This document shows, piece by piece, positions 52,085 through 62,213 of a stretch of DNA of 64,000 bases. Under the pieces are notes generated by a model, which was not told where the DNA came from, made no database searches, and was given only the letters and a program-made list of their open reading frames with translations. The position numbers and the translations under genes were made by a program. The DNA comes from Squalus acanthias (lineage: Eukaryota), in contig CM059432.1 of the NCBI GenBank assembly GCA_030390025.1, forward strand, positions 67,830,001 through 67,894,000, written 5' to 3'. Each line of letters opens with the position of its first letter. Within the stretch, counting starts at the first letter, position 1.

Positions 52085-53500
52085 TGTAAAATTCGCAATT
52101 ATCGCGATTCGAAATAACAAGATAGAAGCAGATTTGTTTGATCAGTTTATTTAAACGAAATGCTGTCATGATATAAAGGACACAGAAGCCTGTAAAATGG
52201 CCACCGAGCATCGTGGCAGAAGCTTCCAGAATACAGTGGGCAGACAAGATAGCGTTCGAATAAACATTTCAGTATAAGATTGGATAATACTCGGCAAACA
52301 TTGATAAAGACAGGATGCAACCTGTTTGCATTTGTGACAATAGCAAAGATATAAGTGCTGGAATCGTTTTCCATGCACAAATAAGGACCATTGTACTGGG
52401 CAATCGAAGGCCCATCCAGATACATCAATACGCAAATTCCCCACGGCTCTACAATGAGAGAGCCATTCTCGGGTGATTAAGTCAGTATTCGAGGAGGCCC
52501 CAAAACCAGTCAGGGAGACTCCTAGCCGGTTCGACAATGGGGAAAACATTAACGGATAGTTGGCCAGTTTAAGGTGCTACCGAAACCCATTAAAGGAAAG
52601 AATCGCCCCATGCTGGGAGTTTTGTGCACCAGTATTACACAAATGACAAACATTAAGATTTGAGCGGGAGATAAGGGAACCCAGCACTATAACTATAGAA
52701 AACAAATGTCCATCGGTCTCTTGACTGTTTTATCTCGCTGATGACTGCTGAACTTTTATTCTCCTATTCTGATCCTCGGGTATCGCTCTGCTGGACGAGC
52801 AGCTTTTTGTTTTTCTCTGGATTCTGTTGACTATGTTGGGTGGAGCTCGAACGGAACGAGTCGCCTCGACGAAGGCCAGTGACCGGGTGCACCATCCCAC
52901 GAGTTGGTAAACGGTGTTTGGACACGAAGGCCCGAAGAAGACGAGACGAGATGAGAAGAAGAGGAGAAGAAGTGGTGTACAGAGACCCCTCCAAACACGT
53001 GACAGTCAGGTGCTGCAGCGAAACGAACCGAGTGCCTCGTTTAAAATTCTCCGAAGTATCACGAGTGGTGAGCATGTTTCCCGATCCTACAAATCTAGAC
53101 ATAGTGTAGGTATTGATAGGGGAGGGTGGTTTTATTAAGGATAAATATAATGTGTTCCCCTTTTTACAATGTGCCGTGCGTTCTTCATTACCATAGACCA
53201 AGCTTTATGAATGTATGTATACTTGTACTATCGTTAATTTGTGCCTATGACATGTACTTCATGATTTTGGACGTTATGCAATAAAGATTTCCATTTCGTA
53301 CTATTCAACCGGGTCTATTTGAGTTTTTCTCTGCATTACTGCTCTCGCACCTAAGTCCAGTGTTAGAACCGTAAGGGCGAGTGGGTCGAACCACTCACAA
53401 GTGCTTATTGCAACAAGGCTGGCCGGAGACCAGAGCAAGCAATAGTATTAGGCAACGAAGGCCTAACTCCGTACAAGCACCCCGTACCGAACCCCTTACA
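52085..53500 (+). repeat. 5' LTR
   Basis: Direct repeat of 59433-60848 with about 25 substitutions by manual count; AATAAA at 53280. Confidence 0.97.
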
Positions 53501-53504
53501 GAAA

Positions 53505-55286
53505 ATGGCGACCACGAAAGGAGGCTGGCAGCGAGAGAGTAATGTTTTAGACCCTGGTGTGAATAGGCGAAATGTGATGGATGAGAGGGTAGCCGACTAT
53601 GTGTTTGGGAAGGTGGATAAGTGACCTGCTGATGGATAAGCGTCTGCTAGACGCAGCCATCAAATGGACAGACAGTAAAGAGCATAAGAAGTCGGCAGAG
53701 AAAGCGGTCTGGCTGATGTGCTACAAGAAGCAAGTCCAACTTTCGGACCAGGTCATTGTGGCACAGGCAGCTCAGATCAGGGAATTGGGAGTTGAGATGG
53801 AGGAAAAGGTCACGGGAGGACAGAAACTCATCGCATCCTTGAATGCGTTACATCAGGAACGCCAGATAGTAGCCAACCACCATGAGGCTAAAATAGATTA
53901 CCTAGAGTGTCAGATCACGGAAGTGAAGTTAAACGAGGGTAGGATTAGAGAACGGTGTGCCCGCCAACTACCCAGATAAGAGCCCAAGAAGAAAGCTTGA
54001 AGGGAGTTAGGGCGGCATATAAGATGGCCCTCGAAGATAAGCATGAGGGAGCCGACCACAGTGTTTGCCAGAAGGAGATAGGGAACCTAAGAGAGGCCCT
54101 GAATAAGGCAAACGGCATGGTGTGCCTAATCAGCCCGTCAGCACACCAGCCACAGGTGGGTAGGGAATTCCCAAAATCCCTACCAGACAAAGCAGAGGAG
54201 GTATTTGCTACTGCACCCTCCGCGCCACCCAGCTATTCGGCAACCTGGGTAAGGAAGGAAGTGGTGGAAATAGAAGAGGAGGTCCCTGAGGTAGGACAAT
54301 CCCCAGAGGTAGTGTCGAAGCCGGGACCGTTGTGTCCGCTTACAGGTCACAAGAGGGGCCCGAACGGAGAAAATGGGGAGCACGGGGATGTCCTGAACCA
54401 GCTTGTGTTGCCTCACAGCTCACACCAGCTGAGAGCGATGATTAGTCATGTACAGAAGCTGTCTGAGTCAGACGACCCTTCCGTACACTTCAGGGAGGCA
54501 GAACAGACTGCAGCAATTAATGGCTGCGACGATGCGGAAAAGACTAAAATGTTGCTGTTCTCGTTAGATAGCTCGATCCTTCAGTGTCTCTCAGATGAGA
54601 GCAAGAGGGGAAATAATACCTATGAGAGGTTAAGGGATGAGGTCCTAGAAGTGTTGGGGGCGGACAACGAAGGTCCGTTCGTTAGATTGGGTCAGACAGT
54701 TGAGATGGAGGGAGAACCCCCGAAGGTTTTCGCCGACAGGCTGTGGCCAGTATACCAGCGTAGCTGCCCAGGTGCGCCAGCGCGCGCCTATTTGGACGGC
54801 GTCGGTTTAACTCATTGGCTCAGGTGTTTAGTAGCCAACAGTTTGCCAGCCGTCAGGGAGCAGGCCAAAGCGTGGTTTGATCCCACTAACCCCGCCACAA
54901 CAGTGGAGTCGGTCCTAAATCGACTCACGATAGGGTATCGGAACACTAGGAGCACGGGAGCGCGTCCCCTTAAGGGAAAGGTGCATGAGGCACGGCCCGC
55001 AGCCCCGGCTCAAAAGGAGTGGCATCAGGAGGGTAACTGCGCCCCGCAAGCCAGTGGTGCTTGTTACGGGTGCGGGAAGACAGGTCACTGGCGTAAGAAC
55101 TGTAGGAACCCCTGGAAGGACCCCAGGGATAAAAATCCCGCAGCCCGAACCCAAGCGCCTGTCTCTGAGAGAGGAGCTGGTGTGCCTATCCATCCCGATG
55201 CGATAGAATCAATGTTAGGAGCCATGCGGTCTCTCATGATTTCGCACGGGAAGGTAGCAACAGCCCCATACAACCCAGACTTCTGA
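53505..55286 (+). pseudogene. gag: Gag: coiled-coil N-terminus, capsid-like domain, CCHC zinc knuckle; two apparent frameshifts (~53615, ~53967)
   Basis: CYGCGKTGHWRKNC at 55062-55103 and an MHR-like segment EGEPPKVFADRL. Open pieces 53505-53624, 53599-53979 and 53955-55286. Confidence 0.85.
53506..53523 (+). promoter_or_regulatory. Primer-binding site, probably tRNA-Arg(TCG)
   Basis: TGGCGACCACGAAAGGAG versus the recalled vertebrate tRNA-Arg complement TGGCGACCACGAAGGGAC (16/18); 5 nt downstream of the LTR. Confidence 0.8.
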
Positions 55287-56366
55287 CTGGAACCGGTGCA
55301 GCCTGCCTACCTGTGTCCCCTTGAAAGACGCGCACAGGAGGGGGTCTCCTGTAAGGAGGCCAGGTTAAAAGAGCAGGCCTTACGGGAGGAGAACGCCCGT
55401 TTAATGGGGAAAGTAGACGGGCTAGAAGGGCAGCTTAGAGACATAAAAGCAGCCTACAGGGTAGCCAGGAGCAGGGAGTATGAGGATTTAAAACAGAATA
55501 GAAATCTGCAGCCTCCAGCAGGCGAGATTTCACAGAATGCACAAGCAGGGGCGGTGGCCTGTCTTAGGGGAGGGGCCAGACCTGCGAGTGGGGACTCTCA
55601 GCCCCAAGCAGGACAGCAGGGCACACAGACCGGTAAAGCAGCCTGTTTGAGGGGAGAGGACATTCTAGAAAAGTGTAGGATCTTTTCTTGGGGTTGGGAT
55701 TCCGATGAGGAAGAGCTCGAGGAGCTCGACCAAGATAGTGACCCGATCGGAGAGGTGCTGAGATCGGAGGACGAAAGGTTTGTCCTCGACTCAAGCTTAG
55801 GGGAAATAGGGATTGCGAGTGGAGATCCACACAGGGTGGAATCAGAAACTGCAGGTCCCGAGCCCAGGGGGACGGAGCTAGGGGAGACGGAGCCAGCGGC
55901 TGTGGTAGGACCACAGGTCGTGACAGTGGAAGTCTCGGAACCCGGTCCGTCAGCCTTGGAAGTCTTGCCCTTGGGGGAGGTAGGGATTGTGAGTGGAGGA
56001 CCACATACTGGGCCAAGTAGGGTGGTACCAGAAACTGCAAATCCCGAGTTCAGGGAGGCGGAGCCAGGGGAGACGGAGCCGGCGGCTGTGGTAGGACCGC
56101 AGGCCGTGACGGTGGAAGTCTCGGTACCCGGTCCGTCGGCCCTGGAAACCTTGTCCAATGTAGCCCTCCGTAGGTCAGGTCGGACACCCCAGCCCAGGAA
56201 GGCGTGGTCAAGTCCCCCGTACGCCCCCAGGCGTAAGTTCAAGGTCAAGGCAGCCCAGGGAGATCCCAGTCCCAGCGCAGCAGCGACAGGCTGCGGCAGA
56301 TCAAAGGAAGGGGTCAGTGCCCTCCCACCACTGGGAAAAGCTCGTGGCAGCCTTCGCAGAATTTAG
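55287..56366 (+). CDS. Unknown ORF in frame with gag after a single TGA (coiled coil, acidic tract, internal repeat, basic tail)
   Basis: 359 open codons directly after the gag stop; no protease, RT, RNase H or integrase catalytic motifs. Confidence 0.6.
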   Translation: MEPVQPAYLCPLERRAQEGVSCKEARLKEQALREENARLMGKVDGLEGQLRDIKAAYRVARSREYEDLKQNRNLQPPAGEISQNAQAGAVACLRGGARPASGDSQPQAGQQGTQTGKAACLRGEDILEKCRIFSWGWDSDEEELEELDQDSDPIGEVLRSEDERFVLDSSLGEIGIASGDPHRVESETAGPEPRGTELGETEPAAVVGPQVVTVEVSEPGPSALEVLPLGEVGIVSGGPHTGPSRVVPETANPEFREAEPGETEPAAVVGPQAVTVEVSVPGPSALETLSNVALRRSGRTPQPRKAWSSPPYAPRRKFKVKAAQGDPSPSAAATGCGRSKEGVSALPPLGKARGSLRRI

Positions 56367-56647
56367 GTAGGCCGCCCTGGGAACGGGCGGCGCTGTACAG
56401 TTTATAAGTTTAGGAGAAGTTTATAAGTTTAAGTTTATAGGTTTTAAATCAGGTTAAGTTTGTAGTTTAATTTTAACAGAAAATGGTATAAATGATGGGA
56501 GTTAGAGATAGGAATGGTTAAAGTCTATCCAGCATACATGTCGTTATACGTGAGATGAGGTCAAGGGACCCGCTCACCCTTCACAAAAACCAGAGACTCT
56601 TGGGAGGCTGGCTACATCATTTTATCTGATCACAGGAACCAGGAAAG

Positions 56648-58998
56648 ATGGAACGGATTCTGATAGGGCTCGCAGCGATCGGATATGGATTGGCCTATCA
56701 GGGCCTCACCAAGGATGTCGTTGTGTTTGGTTGCTCCGGGGACACGGCCCCCATCGCGACGGATGGGACCGGGAAGCGAAAGGCTGAGGAGACCGCCACC
56801 TATTTCCACAAGGGAAGGTGGCCGGGATGGCTGGGAACAAATTCAACGGAATACTCCAGTGCATCGGGATTTGCCTACAAAGAGACTTCTTTACTGTGCC
56901 CCAGAGTGAGGACCATTGCACCCAGACTCAGCGTCACCGTCGGCAAAAGGATTTGTTTGACATACAATGGGAAGGTCCCATTGAGCCGATGGTGGTGGTT
57001 ACGGAAGTTAAGCAAGAATATGAGAAATTTCTCGGTTGAGTGGGAGCGATTGGGTAACAAAACCCATCGGACAATTACGGGGACTAACGGACAATTGAAA
57101 GTCTGTTGGGACAAATGGTGGGAACCAGATGAGGGAATATATGTTTGTATGTGGGGATCGAAGTACGTTTGCCCCAAGGGTATATCCATATTTTTCGTAA
57201 ACCAGTGGCAGGATAACGGGAAAGGGATGAGGTGGGATGTCAGCACCAGGGGGTACGGAGCTCCATACTCCCCGATCCCGGTAAACGCCACTGAACTCAT
57301 CACGCGCCCACGCAAGGCCCCGCCCACGATTCCGGTGGTTTTGGCTCAGGAGGAAGGGTGCCCTAAAACCACTAAGGGGCCCGGGAATGGTTTGGTACTG
57401 GTCCCAACAGACCAGCTACTATTTGAAGGGGTACATTACGCGGTGGCCTCGGTAATTTTAAATCTCACCGAGGTGCGGTTGCCAGAGTGGTGCCCCAAAG
57501 AGACGGAACAATTGTACCAGGTCCTGTTGACAAACATGTTTAGACAATTCTACGAGTTTGATTTTGCAGAGATTGACAAAACATGCTTGTACACCACACC
57601 ACACGAAGTTTTGGGTCGGGTAGGGAGACAAAGGAGGGGCATTGTGAACGATATGTTCACCGCCTTTAATACAGGAACATCTGTGGTCAACGCTCTAGAC
57701 AACGTGGAGCTGCAGACCCAGATCAATGGTTTAAAAACACAATTAAAAAGCATCCTCACAAGCGAAAACAAGGTAGTAGGGTCTGAGTTACATGAGGACC
57801 AGGCCATGACGCTACACTTAAAGGAAATTATAGCAGAGCTGGAGAAGCATGCGAGAACGGTAAATGCCCTGATTAGGGAAGATCGGAATGCATCCGATCA
57901 AGCTGCGCAGAACGAGGTGTGCGTACTATACGGGGCGTTGTTACTGGGCGAGGGCCGCAGTAATTTGGAGGATTTAAAACAAGGTTTGGTCCCGTCCTGG
58001 ATAAGTAACAAACACCTGCAGACGCTCCACCCTTTTCAGAACGCATTAAGCCCGTGCCAGCTCAGGCTAGCCTCAGAGGCGTACCCTGTCCCCGTGGACT
58101 GCGGACGGTCAAACCATACCATCATGGGTATAGTATTACGTATGCCGGTTTTGGGCGACACAGCAAAGCCCGCCCCGGTGTATCGGGTAGAGAACATTGG
58201 TGTCATTCAGGGGGGAGCCCACATTCGCTATGCAGCGGTCCCACCTTACGTCATCCGCTGGGAGCAAACGATGACAGGTACCGATCTCTCAGGTTGTCGT
58301 GGCAGGGAGCACACATAATCCTGTGTCCCCAGCACTTGAATGCCTTTTTAACACCACAATGCGGGTTCAGAACGGCTGGCGCCAAGCCCATGAATTGCAC
58401 CATGGAGGCAATGACACAAGATCATGTGCCTCCACAGGTGGCATACATAGGGGGTGGAACATATTGCGTTACCACTGCAGCGCAACACTACCAGCATGGA
58501 AACCGCAGCCGGTGTCCGGTGAGTGACAGCAGTTTCTGTTTTAAACCCAGGGCTGAAGTTCAAGTGGCACAGCAGCGAATTGTCCCGATCCCTGAACCAT
58601 CCACTGTTCATCTAACAGTAAAAGAGAATTTCACCGACTTGCAGCGATTCGTTGCGCATTTCGGATACATCATTCCCCCTCTCCCTGAACACCTCACCAA
58701 GCTTTTGAAAGCCGTCGCGGTATCGCGAAAACATTTTTACACCCTAGAACAAAAGACTGTCGAGATAGGGACAGAAATTCTAGACATAGTAATCCCACCG
58801 TGGTGGGACCTGTTCACCAATATTGAAGTGCCTTCATGGATCAGAATAGCCTCCCACATTTTAGTTGTGTGCCAAGCAATAATTGTAGTGTACCTATTGG
58901 TCGTGCACTGCAAGAGAGGCAAGCGCCTCACAAAGCAGGAGAACACAGGAGAGTGGAGAGAACGTTACGTGCACGTGCACGAGGAAAGCGCCGCGTAA
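56648..58998 (+). pseudogene. env: Envelope / class I fusion glycoprotein (F-protein-like), one frameshift at ~58312
   Basis: Signal peptide, NxS/T sites, furin site RQRR (57626-57637), fusion-peptide-like segment and heptad repeat, Cys-rich region, C-terminal TM helix and short basic tail. Confidence 0.88.
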
Positions 58999-59420
58999 AC
59001 GGCCAGGATGACGCCGCTCCATTTTACCATGTGTGTTCTTGTAATTGATTGTTAGTTATGAAGATATGTAACCAAGTTGGGAACTTTGTATTTTAAAAGA
59101 GTTGTTTTTGATTATTTTTAACTTTTGTATTTTTAAAATGGTTGTTTGATTATTTTTTCCTTGCATAATAAAATACATATACAGGTGGTGCGAGAGGCAT
59201 CGGCCTATTGCACCTGGAAGACGTATACGCGATGTAAGTTTAAAAGGCAATACTGCCTACGGTTTTGTCCAAGTTTAAACAATGTATTTTTCTCTGGGAA
59301 ATGAGGACGGCATGGAGACCATAGATAGTTTAAGTTCAGGGAGTGTTTGGATGTGGAGAATCGGGATAATTTTGCTCACCACCACTTTTAATTGATACGA
59401 TAAGCGGAGTTATTCGCATC

Positions 59421-59432
59421 AACAGGAGGGAC
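59421..59432 (+). promoter_or_regulatory. Polypurine tract
   Basis: AACAGGAGGGAC directly before the 3' LTR. Confidence 0.75.
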
Positions 59433-60848
59433 TGTAAGATTCGCAATTATCGCGATTCAAAATAACAAGATAGAAGCAGATTCGTTTGATCAGTTTATTT
59501 AAACGAAATGCTGTCATGATATAAAGGACACAGAAGCCTGTAAAATGGCCGCCGAGCATCGTGGCAGAAGCTTCCAGAATACAGTGGGCAGACAAGATGG
59601 CGTTCGAATAAACATTTCAGTATAAGATTGGATAATACTCGGCAAACATTGATAAAGACAGGATGCAACCTGTTTGCATTTGTGACAATAGCAAAGATAT
59701 AAGTGCTGGAATCGTTTTCCATGCACAAGTAAGGACCATTGTACTGGGCAATCGAAGGCCCATCCAGATACATCAATACGCAAATTCCCCACGGCTCTAC
59801 AATGAGAGAGCCATTCTCGGGTGATTAAGTCAGTATTCGAGGAGGCCCCAAAACCAGTCAGGGAGATTCCTAGCTGGTTCGACAATGGGGAAAACATTAA
59901 CGGATAGTTGGCCAGTTTAAGGTGCTACCGAAACCCATTAAAGGAAAGAATCGCCCCATGCTGGGAGTTTTGTGCACCAGTATTACACAAATGACAAACA
60001 TTAAGATTTGAGCGGGAGATAAGGGAACCCAGCACTATAACTATAGAAAACAAATGTCCATCGGTCTCTTGACTGTTTTATCTCGCTGATGACTGCTGAA
60101 CTTTTATTCTCCTATTCTGATCCTCGGGTATCGCTCTGCTGGACGAGCAGCTTTTTGTTTTTCTCTGGACTCTGTTGACTATGTTGGGTGGAGCTCGAAC
60201 GGAACGAGTCGCCTCGACGAAGGCCAGTGACCGGGTGCACCATCCCGAGAGTCGGTAAACGGTGTTTGGACCCGAAGGCCTGAAGAAGACGAGACGAGAC
60301 GAGAAGAAGAGGAGAAGAAGTGATGTACAGAGACCCCTCCAAACACGTGACAGTCAGGTGCTGCAGCGAAACGAACCGAGTGCCTCGTTTAAAATTCTCC
60401 AAAGTATCACAAGTGGTGAGCATGTTTCCCGATCCTACAAATCTAGACGTAGTGTAGGTATTGATAGGGGAGGGTGGTTTTATTAAGGATAAATATAATG
60501 TGTTCCCCTTTTTACAATGTGCCGTGCGTTCTTCATTACCATAGACCAAGCTTTATGAATGTATGTATACTTGTACTATCGTTAATTTGTGCCTATGACA
60601 TGTACTTCATGATTTTGGATGTTATGCAATAAAGATTTCCATTTCGTACTATTCAACCGGGTCTATTTGAGTTTTTCTCTGCATTACTGCTCTCGCACCT
60701 AAGTCCAGTGTTAGAACCGTAAGGGCGAGTGGGTCGAACCACTCACAAGTGCTTATTGCAACAAGGCTGGCAGGAGACCAGTGCAAGCAATAGTATTAGG
60801 CAACGAAGGCCTAACCCCGTACAAGCACCCTGAACCGAACCCCTTACA
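59433..60848 (+). repeat. 3' LTR
   Basis: TGTAAG...CTTACA followed by TSD CTAA. Confidence 0.97.
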
Positions 60849-61457
60849 CTAATTTCCTGTTTGATGTCGTCCCCTACATTACCACTACTGTTTGGAGGCC
60901 TATAGACAACTCCCACTAATGTTTCCTGCCCCTTGGTGCTTCTTAGCTCCACCCAGACTGATTCTACATCTTGATTTTCTGAGCCAATATCCTTTCTCAC
61001 TATTGCTCTGATTTCATCCTTTACTAACAACGCCACTCCACCTACTTTTCCTTTTTGCCTGTCCTTCCTAAATATCGAATATCCTTGGATATTCAACTCC
61101 CAGCCTTGGTCACCCTGCAGCCATGTCTCCGTAATCGCAATTATATCGTATCCATTTACATCTATTTGCGCTGTTAATTCTTCTACCTTATTACGAATGC
61201 TTCGTGCCTGATAGAAAAACCCGGGAGAGTAACAATACATTAATACCCTTGTGATCCAAACTGGATATGCTTGTCTTTTGAAAGTGTACTTTATTAATTA
61301 CCCCAAAATGGACCAAGCAAACATTTGGTGAGACAAGGCCAGATATGAATCATTAAGATGCTTTAACTCACAGTAAAGTGAACATACAGAACAGCTGTTT
61401 TGGCCAGGCTCACTCAATTCAATCTGTGCAATTTATTTTTGTGTATTAATACAAATC

Positions 61458-61780
61458 CTTCTTCGGCAGCACCTCCCAAACCCGCGACCTCTACCACCTA
61501 GATGGACAAGGGCAGCAGGCGCATGGGAACACCACCACCTCCAAGTTACCCTCGAAGTCACACACCATCCTGACTTGGAAGTATATCGCTGTTCCTTCAT
61601 CGTCGCTGGGTCAAAAGGCTGGAGCTCCCTACCTAACAGCACTGTGGGAGTACCTTCAGCACACGGACGGCAGCGGTTGAAGAAGACGGCTCACCACCTC
61701 CTTCTCAAGGGCAACTAGGGATGGGCAATAAATGCTGGCCTTGCCAGCGACGCCCACATCACAGGAACAAATTTAAAAAA
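61458..61780 (+). mobile_element. 3' end of the second LINE family
   Basis: Matches 37340-37640. Confidence 0.8.
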
Positions 61781-62213
61781 TGCAAAAAAATAAAAAACAC
61801 ACCATGCTAGCACATGTCAGTGGGTCTTCTTATTTAAACAACATGGCTTCTAACTATCCTTCAGCATTTCTAACCTCTTCATCTCAACAAAAGTGTTCAC
61901 AGCTTTTCCTTTAATAAATCTAACAGCCCTTACACCCTTCCTGTTTGAAGCACTCTCTTTCTGTCTGAGGGTCTGTCTCTCTCTGCCAATCTTTCAGTTT
62001 CTGTTTTATCTTTTGCTGTTCAAAGTCAGACAGGGACTGACAACTAACAAATTACTTATTGGTTAGATTATGGGGAAAGAGACCCTATTTAGCATATTAA
62101 CCAGCTTTTAAAGAAAATGCAAGACTACACTTCTCTGAAGTAATCCAACTTTAAAAGTAATCTTTTTCAAATCCTTTATGTGGAAAAATGGCCAAAGAAA
62201 TCCTGAACTGTAC

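Larger units (their letters stand above)
52085..60848 (+). mobile_element. LTR provirus with gag, an accessory ORF and F-like env, lacking pol
   Basis: Paired 1416-bp LTRs, TGTAA...TTACA termini, TSD CTAA, PBS and PPT. The empty site restores CR1 IKQEIRDAC. Confidence 0.95.
48499..61208 (-). mobile_element. CR1-type LINE ORF2 interrupted by a Penelope-like element and the LTR provirus; its extreme tail is probably at 40883-40921
   Basis: Collinear ORF2 pieces at 60849-61208, 50226-52084 and 48499-49013. Confidence 0.9.

Noticed and set aside
52147..53201. Minus-strand ORFs (93, 127 and 145 aa) repeated at 59495-60549
   Set aside because: They recur only because the LTRs are duplicates, and they show no recognisable domain.
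55564..56248. Antisense ORFs of 158 and 216 aa within the provirus
   Set aside because: They are shadows of a GC-rich, repetitive sense ORF.
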